From positions 21,266,001-21,330,000 of the forward strand of contig CM106586.1 of the NCBI GenBank assembly GCA_048013815.1: a stretch of 64,000 bases of DNA, in the 5' to 3' direction. Below, piece by piece: positions 19,420 through 31,431 of this stretch. This stretch comes from Setoptus koraiensis (Eukaryota > Animalia > Arthropoda). The notes under the pieces are model-generated. The model saw only the letters and a list, made by a program, of their open reading frames with translations, had not been told where the DNA came from and ran no database searches. Every line of letters begins with the position of its first letter. Position 1 is the first letter of the stretch. A program made the translations under genes and the position numbers.

Positions 19420-22281
19420 ATGACAGCAAGCAAAATAACTGCTCGTCGCTTGTCGGCCACCAATTGTATTGGTCAAGATTTGCAAAATTCTTCCACTATG
19501 GCCAATAATGACAAAAGGCTACGCAATAGCGGATCGACATCACTATCAATCCTTACTAATGTTACTATTGTTCATATAATAATATTTTTTATTACCAGCA
19601 GCTATGTCTCCGAATGTCTGCCAAATCAAATAAAAATAGGTGCATTGATTGGGCCCAATGAGGAACAACAGGAACAAGTGCTCAAAGCGGCTTTGGCCAA
19701 AATAAATCAGGACAATATATTGTTACCAAAGACAAGTTTATTACCCCGCGTAGAGAATGTAACTCTCGATGATTCGTTTGATGCCGATAGGAAGGCCTGC
19801 AGTTTGCTCAACGATGGCGTAGTTGCAATATTGGGCCCAATGTCTGGCTCGGCCTGGCAGCACGTTCAAGCCATTTGTGATTCACTAGAAGTACCCCATA
19901 TAGAAATACAGCCAGATTTGGGATTAAGACGCATAGATTTAGCCATTAACTTGTATCCGCCGTATGCAGTGCTAACAAAGGCCTACATCGACTTGATACA
20001 ATCGTGGAATTGGACCTCGTTTGCTGTGGTGTACGAGACCAGCGAGGCAATGATTAGATTGCAGGATATTTTCAAAGAATTAAATGGTATCTGGGCGAAA
20101 AAATGGTCTATACGATTGTTTCAGTTGAAAGAAAACACCAAATATAGAGATCTATTTTGGGTAGTGAAGAAATCAGGCGAACAGAATATTGTTTTGGATG
20201 TGAAAATAGAGCACATGTACGAATGTTTGAAGCACGCCCAGCAAGTTGGCCTCATGACAGAGAAACAAAGCTATCTAATAACATCGCTAGATTTACAGAC
20301 TATCGACTTGGAGGACTTTATGTACGGCAAAACTAAGATAACGTCGTTGCGGTTGATCGATCATCAGAATGCTGACCTAGGCCAGCTAGTAAAAGATATC
20401 AATACTGGTAATCAAATGCAGGCGAGTAGAAAGAGATATGATTCTAGGCAGTCAGTGGCCAGCAGCGCTAGCAGGCCAACAAAAGGTCCGACACAAAGCT
20501 CTGATCTATTAGTCCAGAGCGCCCTTATATATGACGCAATACATTTACTGGCTAATGGCATCAAGGAGCTGGATAGTGGTCAATCGATAAATATTCAATC
20601 GTTGTCCTGTGACAATCCTAGACAAACGTGGCAATTTGGTAGCTCTATAGTTAACTATATGCGTTCGCTTTCGTTTAAGGGCCTGACGGGTTTAGTTGCA
20701 TTCGACCAGTCTGGCCGCAGATCTGGCATAACGTTTGATGTGATGTCACTTAGCGAACAGGGCCTAGAGAAGATAGGCCAATGGTCAGAGAATGGCAACA
20801 CCAGTCTGAACATTGATCAGAATTTGTTCAATAAATATTTTGTGCCTGAGATAGACGCCATAGACACATTGGTGGTTACAACTAAACGCACTAAGCCCTA
20901 TTTTATGCTAAGATCAACGCCAAACAAACAAGAAGGCAACGACCAATACGAGGGCTACGCCGTGGATGTTATACACGAATTGTCTAAAATTGTGGGCTTC
21001 CGTTATATATTCAAAGAGGTAGAAGACGGCAAATACGGTGTAAAAACAACCCATCCCAATGGTACAGTCACTTGGAACGGCATCATTGGTGAAATTGTAA
21101 ATAATGTCGCCGATTTGGCCATCGTTGATCTCACCATAACGAGTCAACGCGAGGAGGCGGTCGATTTTACGTTGCCCTTCATGAACACGGGCATTTCCAT
21201 ATTGTTCAAGAAACCAACTAACAAGGTGACTACGTTGTTTTCGTTTCTATCTCCATTCTCGGTGGACGTTTGGGTCTATGTATTGTGCGCCTATTCCGGT
21301 GTCAGTCTGATATTGTTTATTGTGGGCCGAATATCGCCCTACGAATGGACCAACCCCTATCCATGCCGTCAAGAGGACCAGGTTATGCACAACAGTTTCT
21401 CGTTGCCCAACTCATTTTGGTTCACAATTGGCTCGCTCATGCAACAAGGCTCAGATCTGGCCCCAAAATCAATGTCAACGCGAACCATGGCGGGCATATG
21501 GTATTTCTTCACGCTTATAATGATATCATCGTACACTGCCAATTTAGCTGCCTTTCTCACAGTGGAGAAGGTTGTGTATCCTATTGAAAATGCCAAAGAT
21601 TTGAGCGAACAAACAGAAATCAAGTATGGCTGCGTTGAGAGTGGCAGCACCAGAACTTTTTTTGCCGACTCACAAATAGAGACGTATAAGAAAATCAGAA
21701 ATTTCATGGAGCATCACAAGACATTTGTCAAGTCGAACGAGGAGGGCAAAGAGAGAGTTGAGCAGGGCAACTTTGCCTTCTTCATGGAATCAACCTCAAT
21801 CGAGTACATCACAGAGAGAAATTGTAATCTCACCCAGATAGGCAATCTACTCGATTCTAAGAACTATGGCATTGCCACCAGAAAAAACTCCACTCACAAG
21901 CGACCATACAGAACGTTACTATCTCAGGGTATACTCCAATTACAAGAGAATGGTATGTTGCACGTTCTCAAAAATAGATGGTGGAAAGAGAGGCACGGCG
22001 TGGGCACTTGTTCCGACGACAACAAGGGTGGACAGGTCACAGAATTGAGCTTGGCCAATGTGGGTGGCGTTTTCGTGGTGCTGCTTGGCGGTTTGGGCTT
22101 CTCGTTCCTCGTCGCTATCGCTGAAAACTTTTATGAATACAAGATAAAAGGTAGAAGAACAACACATTCTGTGTGCGATCAAATGATGCAAGATCTCAAA
22201 TTTGCATTGTCTTGCAAGAACTCTACTAAACCAATGAGAAAGAGGCTGACTTCGCAAGACTCTAAAGACTCGTATCAATAA
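19420..22281 (+). CDS. Kainate-type ionotropic glutamate receptor, intronless (true start Met uncertain)
   Basis: ATD; S1 (LTITSQREEAVDF); pore loop SLMQQGSD; SYTANLAAFLT; S2 (GSTRTFF, FFMESTSIEY); M4 (NVGGVFVVL). Confidence 0.95.
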   Translation: MTASKITARRLSATNCIGQDLQNSSTMANNDKRLRNSGSTSLSILTNVTIVHIIIFFITSSYVSECLPNQIKIGALIGPNEEQQEQVLKAALAKINQDNILLPKTSLLPRVENVTLDDSFDADRKACSLLNDGVVAILGPMSGSAWQHVQAICDSLEVPHIEIQPDLGLRRIDLAINLYPPYAVLTKAYIDLIQSWNWTSFAVVYETSEAMIRLQDIFKELNGIWAKKWSIRLFQLKENTKYRDLFWVVKKSGEQNIVLDVKIEHMYECLKHAQQVGLMTEKQSYLITSLDLQTIDLEDFMYGKTKITSLRLIDHQNADLGQLVKDINTGNQMQASRKRYDSRQSVASSASRPTKGPTQSSDLLVQSALIYDAIHLLANGIKELDSGQSINIQSLSCDNPRQTWQFGSSIVNYMRSLSFKGLTGLVAFDQSGRRSGITFDVMSLSEQGLEKIGQWSENGNTSLNIDQNLFNKYFVPEIDAIDTLVVTTKRTKPYFMLRSTPNKQEGNDQYEGYAVDVIHELSKIVGFRYIFKEVEDGKYGVKTTHPNGTVTWNGIIGEIVNNVADLAIVDLTITSQREEAVDFTLPFMNTGISILFKKPTNKVTTLFSFLSPFSVDVWVYVLCAYSGVSLILFIVGRISPYEWTNPYPCRQEDQVMHNSFSLPNSFWFTIGSLMQQGSDLAPKSMSTRTMAGIWYFFTLIMISSYTANLAAFLTVEKVVYPIENAKDLSEQTEIKYGCVESGSTRTFFADSQIETYKKIRNFMEHHKTFVKSNEEGKERVEQGNFAFFMESTSIEYITERNCNLTQIGNLLDSKNYGIATRKNSTHKRPYRTLLSQGILQLQENGMLHVLKNRWWKERHGVGTCSDDNKGGQVTELSLANVGGVFVVLLGGLGFSFLVAIAENFYEYKIKGRRTTHSVCDQMMQDLKFALSCKNSTKPMRKRLTSQDSKDSYQ

Positions 22282-22688
22282 TGTAAATGTGTGACCATTG
22301 ACAAATGATGAAAAGTAATACACAATCAATTAATGAGATACAGAATAAAATTCATGTAATATGCAATTTGTTGGTTGATATATGTTGTTGTTCTCTACAC
22401 AGTATACAGTATAGTAGTAGATAATCAATTCTTTATATCACAATAGTCGCGCGTATTTAACAAAAACACGTGTCATGTTGTTTCGGCAAAGGAGACGATG
22501 CTCGATGCTTATTAATAAATTCTACTCATGATAGACTAAAAGACTGTCACTACAAAAATTGTTTATCGTATGTTTGTATGAATTAAAGACCTGGGGAAGG
22601 GGGGATTCTTTATGACTTATGTGTGACTGCTGAGTCTGACCTGCAACATGATTAAAATTGTAGCGAACATTGTGTGTGTTCGAAACCT

Positions 22689-24251
22689 TTATTTTGATTC
22701 GGGCCTAATCCTATTAATCACTTCCTCGATAACTTTACGTTTTGAATCTATTCCTCCACCAGGTGGAAGGTTTTTAAGTTCTGAGTACAAAAGTTGATTC
22801 AAAACACCAGTCAAACTAATTGTGGGGTCCACTCTCATTATTACTTCGACTTCTTCTCGGATCTGTCGATTTAGTTGCTCATCTTGCTCTATGGCCTCCT
22901 TTGTGACTGTGGGCGCACCTGGCAAAACAACTAGAACAATACTCATATTATCCCTACTACCCTTGTGCAAACAAGTATCGATGACAGATGAACAAATATA
23001 TTCCAAATCTTTGTGTATGCGCAATTGATAACGAATAAAATCGCACAATTCTTCATTTGACATAACATCGAATATACCATCACATGCCAGTACGAGAAAT
23101 TCGTCTAATTTAAGTTGTCTTGTTTCTATTGTGACTTCGGGTTCCGGTGACACCAGTTGTTCACACGGTCCTTTTCCCTCGACTTGTTTATATTCAAAGT
23201 CACCCAAAGCTCTAGAGACTGCTAGGGAACCATTAACTCTCTGTATCATGACGGAGCCGCCAGCGTTCTGTATCCGTTCTCTTTCGCCTGGATTAATTGG
23301 TTTGTGGTCTTCAGTGGAAAAGTAGGCTTCCCCATTACGTGAAAGCACGGCTCTAGAATCGCCACAATTAGCAAAATAGAAGTGCTGTGGAGAAATCATA
23401 GCGCAAACAGCCGTTGATCCACTTCTGTCTTCTCCAGGTAATGCTCTCATTTTTGCATCTAATTGTAGGAAACCATCATGGATTGCCTTTTTAACTTTTT
23501 CTAGTTCGCTAACAGAAATAGGCTTACTAAATTGTATTGTTGGTATCTCCATGCTACTGCTGTCACTCTTGTGATGATTTGTATTAAGTGATTCTTGTTG
23601 CTGTGTGGCACTAGAGGTGGTTGTTGTCGAGTTGTCGGTTGTTGTTTGGTTGTTGTCTGATGATGCAGGTGTTTCAATGGTGGTGTGTATGATGTTGTCT
23701 TTCGTAGTGGTCGTTTCTGGTGTTGTTGTTGTGGCTGCTGTTTCTGTGTCCGTAGTTGTCGCATCAGTCACACTTGAGGGTGAGGTCTCTCCCTTGCCTG
23801 AGTTCTGGAAAGGATCTGTGGCTGTGGTGTTGGTGGTGTTGGTTGTGGTGGTGGTTGTTGTTGTTGCTGCTGCTGATGATGTAGTGGCATTGGTTTGTTC
23901 CTCTTCTGAACTGTTACCACTCTCGTAGCCCCAGCCACGAACGGTATGAATTTTTGTTGGTACACTTTGTTGTTGTGTGCTGTTTGGTTGAAACTGTTGC
24001 TGGATACCCTGAAGTATAGTATCAAGGAGATTGTCGGCACTGTGGGCTGATACTTTCGGTCCAGCGTGGCCATCGAACACAGCGAAAAAGCTCCATTCGT
24101 CTAGGCCATAAGGTAGGCCAATTTTAGCACAATGGGCGTCCTCCATTTCTATGCGCCATCCTTGCATTGAGCTAATGCCATAGCGTAGGCCCATACCGCC
24201 ACCAGCCTCAGATTGTTTTTCTGTTTTAGGTTTATCCAAAAATGCACCCAT
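22689..24251 (-). CDS. PPM1A/B: PP2C phosphatase PPM1A/B (alphabet-like) with a Thr-rich insertion
   Basis: MGAFLDKPKTEK, SSMQGWRIEMEDAH, AVFDGHAG, ANCGDSRAV, LACDGIFDV, GSRDNMSI and the PP2C_C motif NLPPGGG. Confidence 0.95.
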   Translation of the reverse strand: MGAFLDKPKTEKQSEAGGGMGLRYGISSMQGWRIEMEDAHCAKIGLPYGLDEWSFFAVFDGHAGPKVSAHSADNLLDTILQGIQQQFQPNSTQQQSVPTKIHTVRGWGYESGNSSEEEQTNATTSSAAATTTTTTTTNTTNTTATDPFQNSGKGETSPSSVTDATTTDTETAATTTTPETTTTKDNIIHTTIETPASSDNNQTTTDNSTTTTSSATQQQESLNTNHHKSDSSSMEIPTIQFSKPISVSELEKVKKAIHDGFLQLDAKMRALPGEDRSGSTAVCAMISPQHFYFANCGDSRAVLSRNGEAYFSTEDHKPINPGERERIQNAGGSVMIQRVNGSLAVSRALGDFEYKQVEGKGPCEQLVSPEPEVTIETRQLKLDEFLVLACDGIFDVMSNEELCDFIRYQLRIHKDLEYICSSVIDTCLHKGSRDNMSIVLVVLPGAPTVTKEAIEQDEQLNRQIREEVEVIMRVDPTISLTGVLNQLLYSELKNLPPGGGIDSKRKVIEEVINRIRPESK

Positions 24252-25039
24252 TTCTCTAATAATCTATGAGGGTTTCTCTTTATTTGTATATAATGTATTG
24301 TATAATAATTTGCCAATAATGTTAACAATAACGATATGATAATAATTAATGTATGTATTTCGTTTTGTGATTATCAACTGTGATCAACGGTAATAGTGGT
24401 AATAATTGTAGTAGTAGCGGTAATAATGATGATAATAGTAATAATAATAATGATAAGAATTTTAGTGGTAAGTAATAATGTATATAATAATAGTGTAATG
24501 ACGATTATAGCAACAAAATCAGTGATGATGCGCTTGTGCCGTTTATTCAATTCAGCGAGCTGGAGTAGGGTGAAGATGATGCTAGTGGTAGCAATAATAA
24601 TAATAATAAAATCGATGATAAAGATGATGATGTTTATGTTTTTGTTTGATGCTAGCGTTGATATTTATGTAGAGTAAGTGATTGATTGATCAATTGAATG
24701 TGTATAATTGTTGTTGTTGTTGTTGTGATATTATTGTTGTTTGCTATTATGAATAATTTGATAATAATAATATACTAAAACTATCAATTCATCTTATTAT
24801 CATTAACAGTAAAGTAGACTCATGGTGCTGTTAATTACCAGCTTTGGCATTTCAATTGATTTTATTGTTCGTATCGTATTGGTTGCCTGATATATCGACA
24901 ACGGAGCTTTTTGCCCAGGCGATCTCAGCCCACTGGATGAACCCAAAGCAGTCTCTACAAATATTTGGTAGATAAACAGCTAATAATATAATATTTAATA
25001 TACAAATGCGGCATTAAAGCTGCAATATTTATATTCAGC

Positions 25040-25427
25040 AATAATAGGATATACTATATTTATATTATATATAAATAAATATATTTATATATAAATATAT
25101 GTGTGTATGGCCGAGGGCTTGTATGGATATCTTTCTCTGTCTGTCTCTCACTGCACAATGTCTGGAGCTGCACTCTATAACTGTAGAACTGTGAGTTAGA
25201 GAGAGCGAGAGACGGAGCTATCAGAATATAAAATAGCAGCAAAGCAGAAAAGGCTGCAATGGCAAACACACAGTAGACACAGTTTAAGAATCTCTTCTCC
25301 AATGTAGGTTCGTGCGCTATTACAGCGCAAATTTTGATAATTTTTTGACAGTATTCTTTGTGCATTTTCCTAAAACAACTCTGTGGGCATGCGTGCGCAA
25401 ACTTCTAGCGCCATTTTCGAACACAAT
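25040..25427 (-). repeat. Second copy of the TAF4-upstream segment, oriented towards PPM1A/B
   Basis: Reverse complement of 6337-6755 with only a few substitutions and a TA-length difference. Confidence 0.9.
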
Positions 25428-25560
25428 TACAGTTTTCTCGGCGCCACAATGCGCTCACATGTGGTTCCACTTGCAGAACATGTTGGCCAGAAATAAAACA
25501 ACATGGAGAGGAACGTCTGGAAAGATTCTGGCCACTTTCGGTCTCTTTATCGGTGGGAAT

Positions 25561-26274
25561 TTATTTTTTAGACTTCGGCTTTATTATAATACCCGAAACT
25601 CTCTTTTTCTTGACCGGTATGGGCCTGGAGGTAGATGCCATGGGTTCAGGTTCAGCTGTAGCTACTCGTCGCTGCGCGATGATTGCCCTGGCTAGAATTC
25701 GATCCTCGTCCATTTGCTTCTGAGCTTCGAGCGATTCACTTTGCCTAGCGGCATCCAAGAGAGAATCAAAGTCAACGGATATTTGCCGCTGATTGATGAC
25801 TCTGAGATTTTGGATTTGCTCGCTAGCTTCCATTTCATTTTTTGATGCATTCGTCCTAGCCTCTAGGTGCTTCATAGGGTTGATCTTTTCTTCCTCTTCT
25901 TCTGCGATGGCGTCGTCTTCTGCTTGTTTCTCTGCCATCTTTAGGGCCATGAAGTTTTGAGTGGCACCATGCTCCACAATATAATCACCCTCCTTCGGAG
26001 CGGTCTTGAAAGTAATCTCTGCCATACATTTGGGACATTTAATATAAAACCTAAACACCGACAGACCCATGTAAGTTTCGTCGGTGACTGTCTCTTTTCT
26101 TGCATTGAATTTCCTCGCCTTAGCTATGTAATCACCACAGGTGTTACATTTCATGTTGAAGGGGGCCATGGTACGCACCTTGTGCTGTTTACTTTTCCCT
26201 CCCTTCAAACGAGGTATTTTGCTTGCATCAAAGTCCGGTGGATAGTACTTATTGAGTACCTTTCTTTCAGACAT
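25561..26274 (-). CDS. YJU2: Splicing factor YJU2/CCDC94
   Basis: [21 protein letters not shown], two CxxC pairs and [14 protein letters not shown]. Confidence 0.95.
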   Translation of the reverse strand: MSERKVLNKYYPPDFDASKIPRLKGGKSKQHKVRTMAPFNMKCNTCGDYIAKARKFNARKETVTDETYMGLSVFRFYIKCPKCMAEITFKTAPKEGDYIVEHGATQNFMALKMAEKQAEDDAIAEEEEEKINPMKHLEARTNASKNEMEASEQIQNLRVINQRQISVDFDSLLDAARQSESLEAQKQMDEDRILARAIIAQRRVATAEPEPMASTSRPIPVKKKRVSGIIIKPKSKK

Positions 26275-26759
26275 TCTTGTGGATAATATCTAGGCTGTAG
26301 TCAGTTGGAAAGGCGTGTGTCCGTAAATGAAGATATAATAATAATGCAATAATGAAGATATTGCATGGGGTCGTTGCAAATGAAGAGTGGCTGTCAATGG
26401 TTTTACATTTGACAGAGCGCAACAACTATGCGTTTTGTGGCTTTGTCTTCGGTAAAAAACTGCACAGAATGTCAGAATCCACCCCTTGGAAAATGAACTG
26501 TAGAAGCTAGATATCGCAACGGTGTGCTGACGCTACATCCAACCTCGAATAGTCAGGCTTGATTCTGAGCTGCACACAGCACAGGATTCGTCGAATTTTT
26601 TTGAATTCTGCGCTAAGAAACGTCAATAGAGCTCTATTCGTACGATCGAAAATAGGAAAAAATGTGATCAGCAGTCACATTTGTTGTCAGTCGTGTTTGG
26701 AGTTAGATCACTGTGTCGTCAAATACTAAATAAAACATTAAAAAGGCACCCTAGCAGTC

Positions 26760-27444
26760 ATGGCGGCAGCTGAACCACCCAACTCTGAAGCAACCAGAAG
26801 ACTACAGAGTAAAAAACAGACCCTAGATGATGCCTATGCAGCTCCAGCGAATTTTCTCGAAATAGATGTAGTCAACCCTATCACTCATGGTGTGGCAAGA
26901 AATCGATACACAGACTTTGAAGTCAGAATGCAGGTTTGTTACATGTAAAAGAATATGATATCTTTGTGCTCTTTAACTACACCATGCTGATCCGTATTCT
27001 GATACCGTTACCTATCGCTCATAGACAAATCTACCGGTATTCAAATTGAAGGAATCGAATGTCAGGAGACGCTACAGTGATTTCGAGTGGTTGAGGAATG
27101 AACTAGAACGTGATAGCAAGATTGTTGTTCCACCATTGCCGGGTAAGTTGAAAGTGAAATAACGCCCTGCTAGACATTACAAACCCGAATATCATGCTTG
27201 TTCATGCTTATACTGAGGCTTCTCTCTGCTTGCAGGCAAGGCTTGGAAGCGACAAATACCCTTTCGTGGCGACGATGGAATTTACGAGGAGGAATTTGTA
27301 GAGGACAGAAGAAAAGGTCTCGAGACCTTCATAAACAAGGTTGCTGGACATCCTTTGGCTCAAAATGAGAAGTGCCTCCACATGTTTCTGCAGGAGCCCA
27401 TTATTGACCGTAGTTATGTACCTGGAAAAATAAGAACTCCTTGA
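26760..27444 (+). CDS. SNX3: Sorting nexin 3/12; exons 26760-26933, 27025-27142 and 27236-27444
   Basis: [45 protein letters not shown] and [11 protein letters not shown]; GT-AG junctions keep the frame. Confidence 0.95.
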
Positions 27445-27458
27445 TACAAATTTATTAA

Positions 27459-28105
27459 TTAATCACTTACGAAGTCAGACGTGTGATTCGCCTCGCATGA
27501 GGATATAACACGGAGATTCTTTTCGAAACCGCGCATGAATTTATCACATCTCTCGTAATATTTATATGGAGAAACCAAAAGTTCACATATCCTTTGTATT
27601 GTGAACGGCGCCTCGTTTAAAGATTCCAATAAATCCAATAGATCTAATCTAGATTTTTCAAGATTGAACTCTTCGACGTTCGGTTCCCATTTGATGGAAT
27701 CTTCCTGGTTTGTTTTCTTGTTAGAATATTCATCTACGATTATTTCAAAATGTCTTTTGATAACAGGCTTGAGTATGGACCACTCAATACTATATGAGCG
27801 AAGAAATGTCAACAAGCAAATGAGGTATGATTAGATAAGTGAAAGACCGTTTATTTAGTGTGAACCATTCACCACTACTAACCATGGATCCCCAGTTTTG
27901 GCGATATTTTCTAGGTGGTGTATTATAGGCTCTGGTATACGTGAATCTTTGTCCGTATGATGGAAATCTGTGATTGAGATGAGTTTAGATAAGATCAGTT
28001 ACATTAATACTACTTAAAGTATAACTCTTTGTCGAAGATCGGCAGGTATCACTCACTATTGAAAGCTTCTAGGAGCGCATCTTGATTTTTTTTCTCGTCC
28101 ATCAT
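27459..28105 (-). CDS. PPP4R2: PP4 regulatory subunit 2, short form (~154 aa); exons 28105-28057, 27967-27883 and 27789-27459
   Basis: LENIAKTG, EAPFTIQRICELL and DKFMRGFEKNLRV match the PPP4R2 core; GT-AG introns join the exons in frame. Confidence 0.85.
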
Positions 28106-28949
28106 CCAGGATTCCAGATAAGCGTAAACAAGCGTACCAAGCTAGCAAATGTCACATTACTGTCGTTGATCTGTCGGATGGCGTCCAGGCAGATGGTTTC
28201 TGCTACCAGCGATTACTATTGCATCAACACACTTAGAGAAATGATCCAAATTAAATTTTTTTCTTTTGCAAGTTGTAGCCTAGCGCGGATCTCAAGGAAT
28301 GCACTGTTTATCCTGCAGCTATTTGGCGATGGGTTTGATTGAGCAGGCGCAGAAGAAATGATCCTCTTTCGGCCGTATTCTCTGTAAATAACAACTAATA
28401 GTTTAGGGCGCGTACTTTGAACAAAATTTCCAAAGGTTGTGGTGGGTGTGAAAACTTAATCTCTTTTGTCAGCTGAATAGTTGGCAATTCATCAAATGTT
28501 GGGCAAAAATTTCCCCATCCTCGTGTAACTTTTGCTGTACCCAAGCGAAGATGAATCTAACAAGACTGTAAGATCGGATTGGCAACAAAAAATTCTAATC
28601 ATGTTGATCGGCTTCCAGGTCTAAAAAATCCGGCCCGAGATTTGATCTCAATGAAGTTCTCAGGCAGTGATGGTAGAGGTTGAAATCAATATGAAGAAGA
28701 ATCCCCATATGTAGATGTACATTGTATGAATATAAGTCCCGACACAAGAGTAAACTTTATACTTTGAACTGTCGGCTAATGTCATCCCAGCACGATTAGA
28801 CTAACCTCAACAAGTTGTTAGGCGGGACTTTTCGATAAGCTTGACATGGTACATGAGTATCATCCAACTGTGTATAGTCTTGGGGAGCTACCGACAGCAT
28901 GCCGATGCGCTGCGAACCCTACTCTAGACTTTTCTCTCATCCATAGTCG

Positions 28950-29190
28950 AATTAGTGCCATAACAATTTATATGGTGGTGCAGCTCGAAATATTGGAAAC
29001 AGTGCAGATTTTTCACTAGAGTTAATCAGTATCACAATTATAAGGTATGCAAAATATCTCAGCAGTCACTCGGTGACCTCTTTCCGAATTCAAATCTGCT
29101 CAGCGGACAAGCTGACACTCGAGATCTTGAATATATTTCAACTTCATAATCAATAGGATCTTTTGTCGCTACAAAATCATTCGGAACCCA
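28950..29190 (-). pseudogene. Diverged copy of the SLC35A 3' end and its downstream flank (homologous to ~31890-32150)
   Basis: Shared cagtatcacaattataa, gtgacctctttccgaa and cttgaatatatttcaacttcat; translates DPIDYEVEIYSRS versus EPSDDEVEIYSRT in the intact gene. Confidence 0.75.
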
Positions 29191-29715
29191 GCGTTTATCT
29201 CGGGTGCCTTTTCAACGGCTTTGGTGGTTCACAAAAGATCCGCCAGGGTCACGCATTGCTGCATTATTGTCTGTAGCATCACTTGCTGGAAGCAGAAGCA
29301 CATGCACGAAACATTGCTGATTCGGTTTATAACAAAACAGGTGACCTAGCTAATGACGATTATCATACAAATGGTTTATATTATCGATACATTTATATCG
29401 ATATTCGCATCATCGAGATTTAACATCATCAACAGATTATCTTCATCGAAGATATTACTAAAAACTTGACTCGTTTTCACAAACATCTCCACGCAAAATC
29501 CAAATATCTTGTGTAATCTATTGTGTCCGGCAGGTATACCCGGAGTTATATTGGTGCTGACCAGCATTATATCTCAAGAATCTGGGCCGCGAGCTGGAGC
29601 TTCGGACATCCAGTACGAGCCCTAATAGGCAATCTGTTCACCAAATACTAAACAACTATAGAAAGTATACTATAATCACATTCAAAGTTTTCTACAACAG
29701 ATAAACGAATCGACA

Positions 29716-31221
29716 ATGGAAGAAGAAGTAATTCAACCAGCTGAGACCCCTCAATGTGATGATAAAACTGTTGAGATCACTAAAACTTGCAAAGGAAAAT
29801 CCATGGCTGTCGTTGCAGGATATTCTTTCTATTTTGAAAGAAAAACAGACAAGAAGAATCAAACTGATAACAGATATTACTGGAAGTGTAGCTCTTATTA
29901 TTCCCACCTATGCCCGGCTCGTTTAGTCACTAGATGTGTTAATGACGAACACGTGTACGATAGTAAGGTCAAGGATCACACACATTTGCCTTCGCCTACA
30001 AAGAAATCGCGTCTGGACGCATTGAATCTTTTGAGGACCAAAGCCAAGGCTACGAGAGACAAACCCTCGAAGCTCATAAATGAGGCGAAATCATCTCTAT
30101 CTAGAATTGAATTAGCTTCTCTACCGAGCAACTCAGCGCAACGCCAAATAATCCACTATGCCAGGAGATCCTCTTCGAAATGTCAAGTAGAGCCATCTCT
30201 ACTTGATGAATTTATCTTGCCTGGCTATTTACAGGTCTCTCCAACCGGTGAAGACTTCTTGATTGCCGACTCCAATCTTGATGGCCAAAGAGTTATCTCG
30301 TTCGGAACGAGGAGATCTCTAATTTTGTTAGCAATGTCAGAAATACTAATCATAGACGGTAGTATAATTGATGCTCCAAGCTCTTCCTATCACTTTTATA
30401 CACTGTTCGGCCTCGCTGGTACGCCACAAATAAGGAGAGCCTTCCCAATGGCTTTCGCCTTGATGAGTTGTAAGACAACAGCTCTATATAGGAGACTATT
30501 CCAGGATCTCAAGGGATATTTCATGCGAGAGAGCATAGAGTTTGCACCTAAATGCATAATGATAGATTTTGAAAAGACAGCCATAAGAGCCTGCAGCGAT
30601 GAATTCCAATTGGCAAAGATTCACGGTTGCTATTTTCATTTTGGGCAAATAATATTCAAAGCGATTTCCAGTCACGGTCTAAAATTAAAATTTGGAACCG
30701 ACGCAGAATTCGCTGTTCAAGTTAGAAAATTAATAGCCCTAGCTTTCTTGCCACCATTCCAAATCCAAGAAGCCTTCGAAAGTTTAGTTCTTCGTCTACC
30801 GGATGACGAAGCTACATCACAATTCATCGAGTGGTTTCGACAAAATTACATAATCAGAATAGGTGCCATACAGTCAAACTCCGCTTCGTTTCCACCAGAA
30901 TTCTGGTCTATTATTCATCTTGTTGATCATGGTTTGTTAACTCTTCAAAATTCCATTGAGGCCTGGCATAGGAGGTTCAGAATTCTGGTGGGAGCCTCGC
31001 CTCCTGGAATCCTGACACTAATAAATAAATTTCGCGAAGAAAACCACTTTCAGATAAACATCATCGACAAAGTTGAGAGGGGAGAGGAAGATCATGCGGC
31101 AAAATCATTCACATCGAAAGAGACTAAATTAAGATCCATTATAGAGACAAAAGACTCGCAACCGCTCGATGATTATCTATCGATGATCGGGCAGCACATC
31201 AAGAACCTCATCGATGTATGA
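29716..31221 (+). mobile_element. Mutator-like (MULE) transposase ORF with an N-terminal FLYWCH zinc finger (501 aa)
   Basis: FLYWCH-like YYWKC...CPARL...HTH; catalytic IDGS and IDFE, GCYFH and SIEAWHRRF motifs. No TIRs were recognised by eye. Confidence 0.85.
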
Positions 31222-31431
31222 AATTTCGATTTCTATTTGGATTCTAACTCCAATAAACTTCTAACGGCCAAATTCACGCGTAACCACGCAGTTTTGCTCG
31301 ACTTGGGCTCGATTATTACGCCCGAAACTCTCTTCTTCACTTGTATGGGTTTCGAAATAGATGCCAAGGGTTAATGTTCTTCGCTGCGCAATAGTCAATT
31401 TAGCCAAAATTCGAAATAATAATAATGAATT

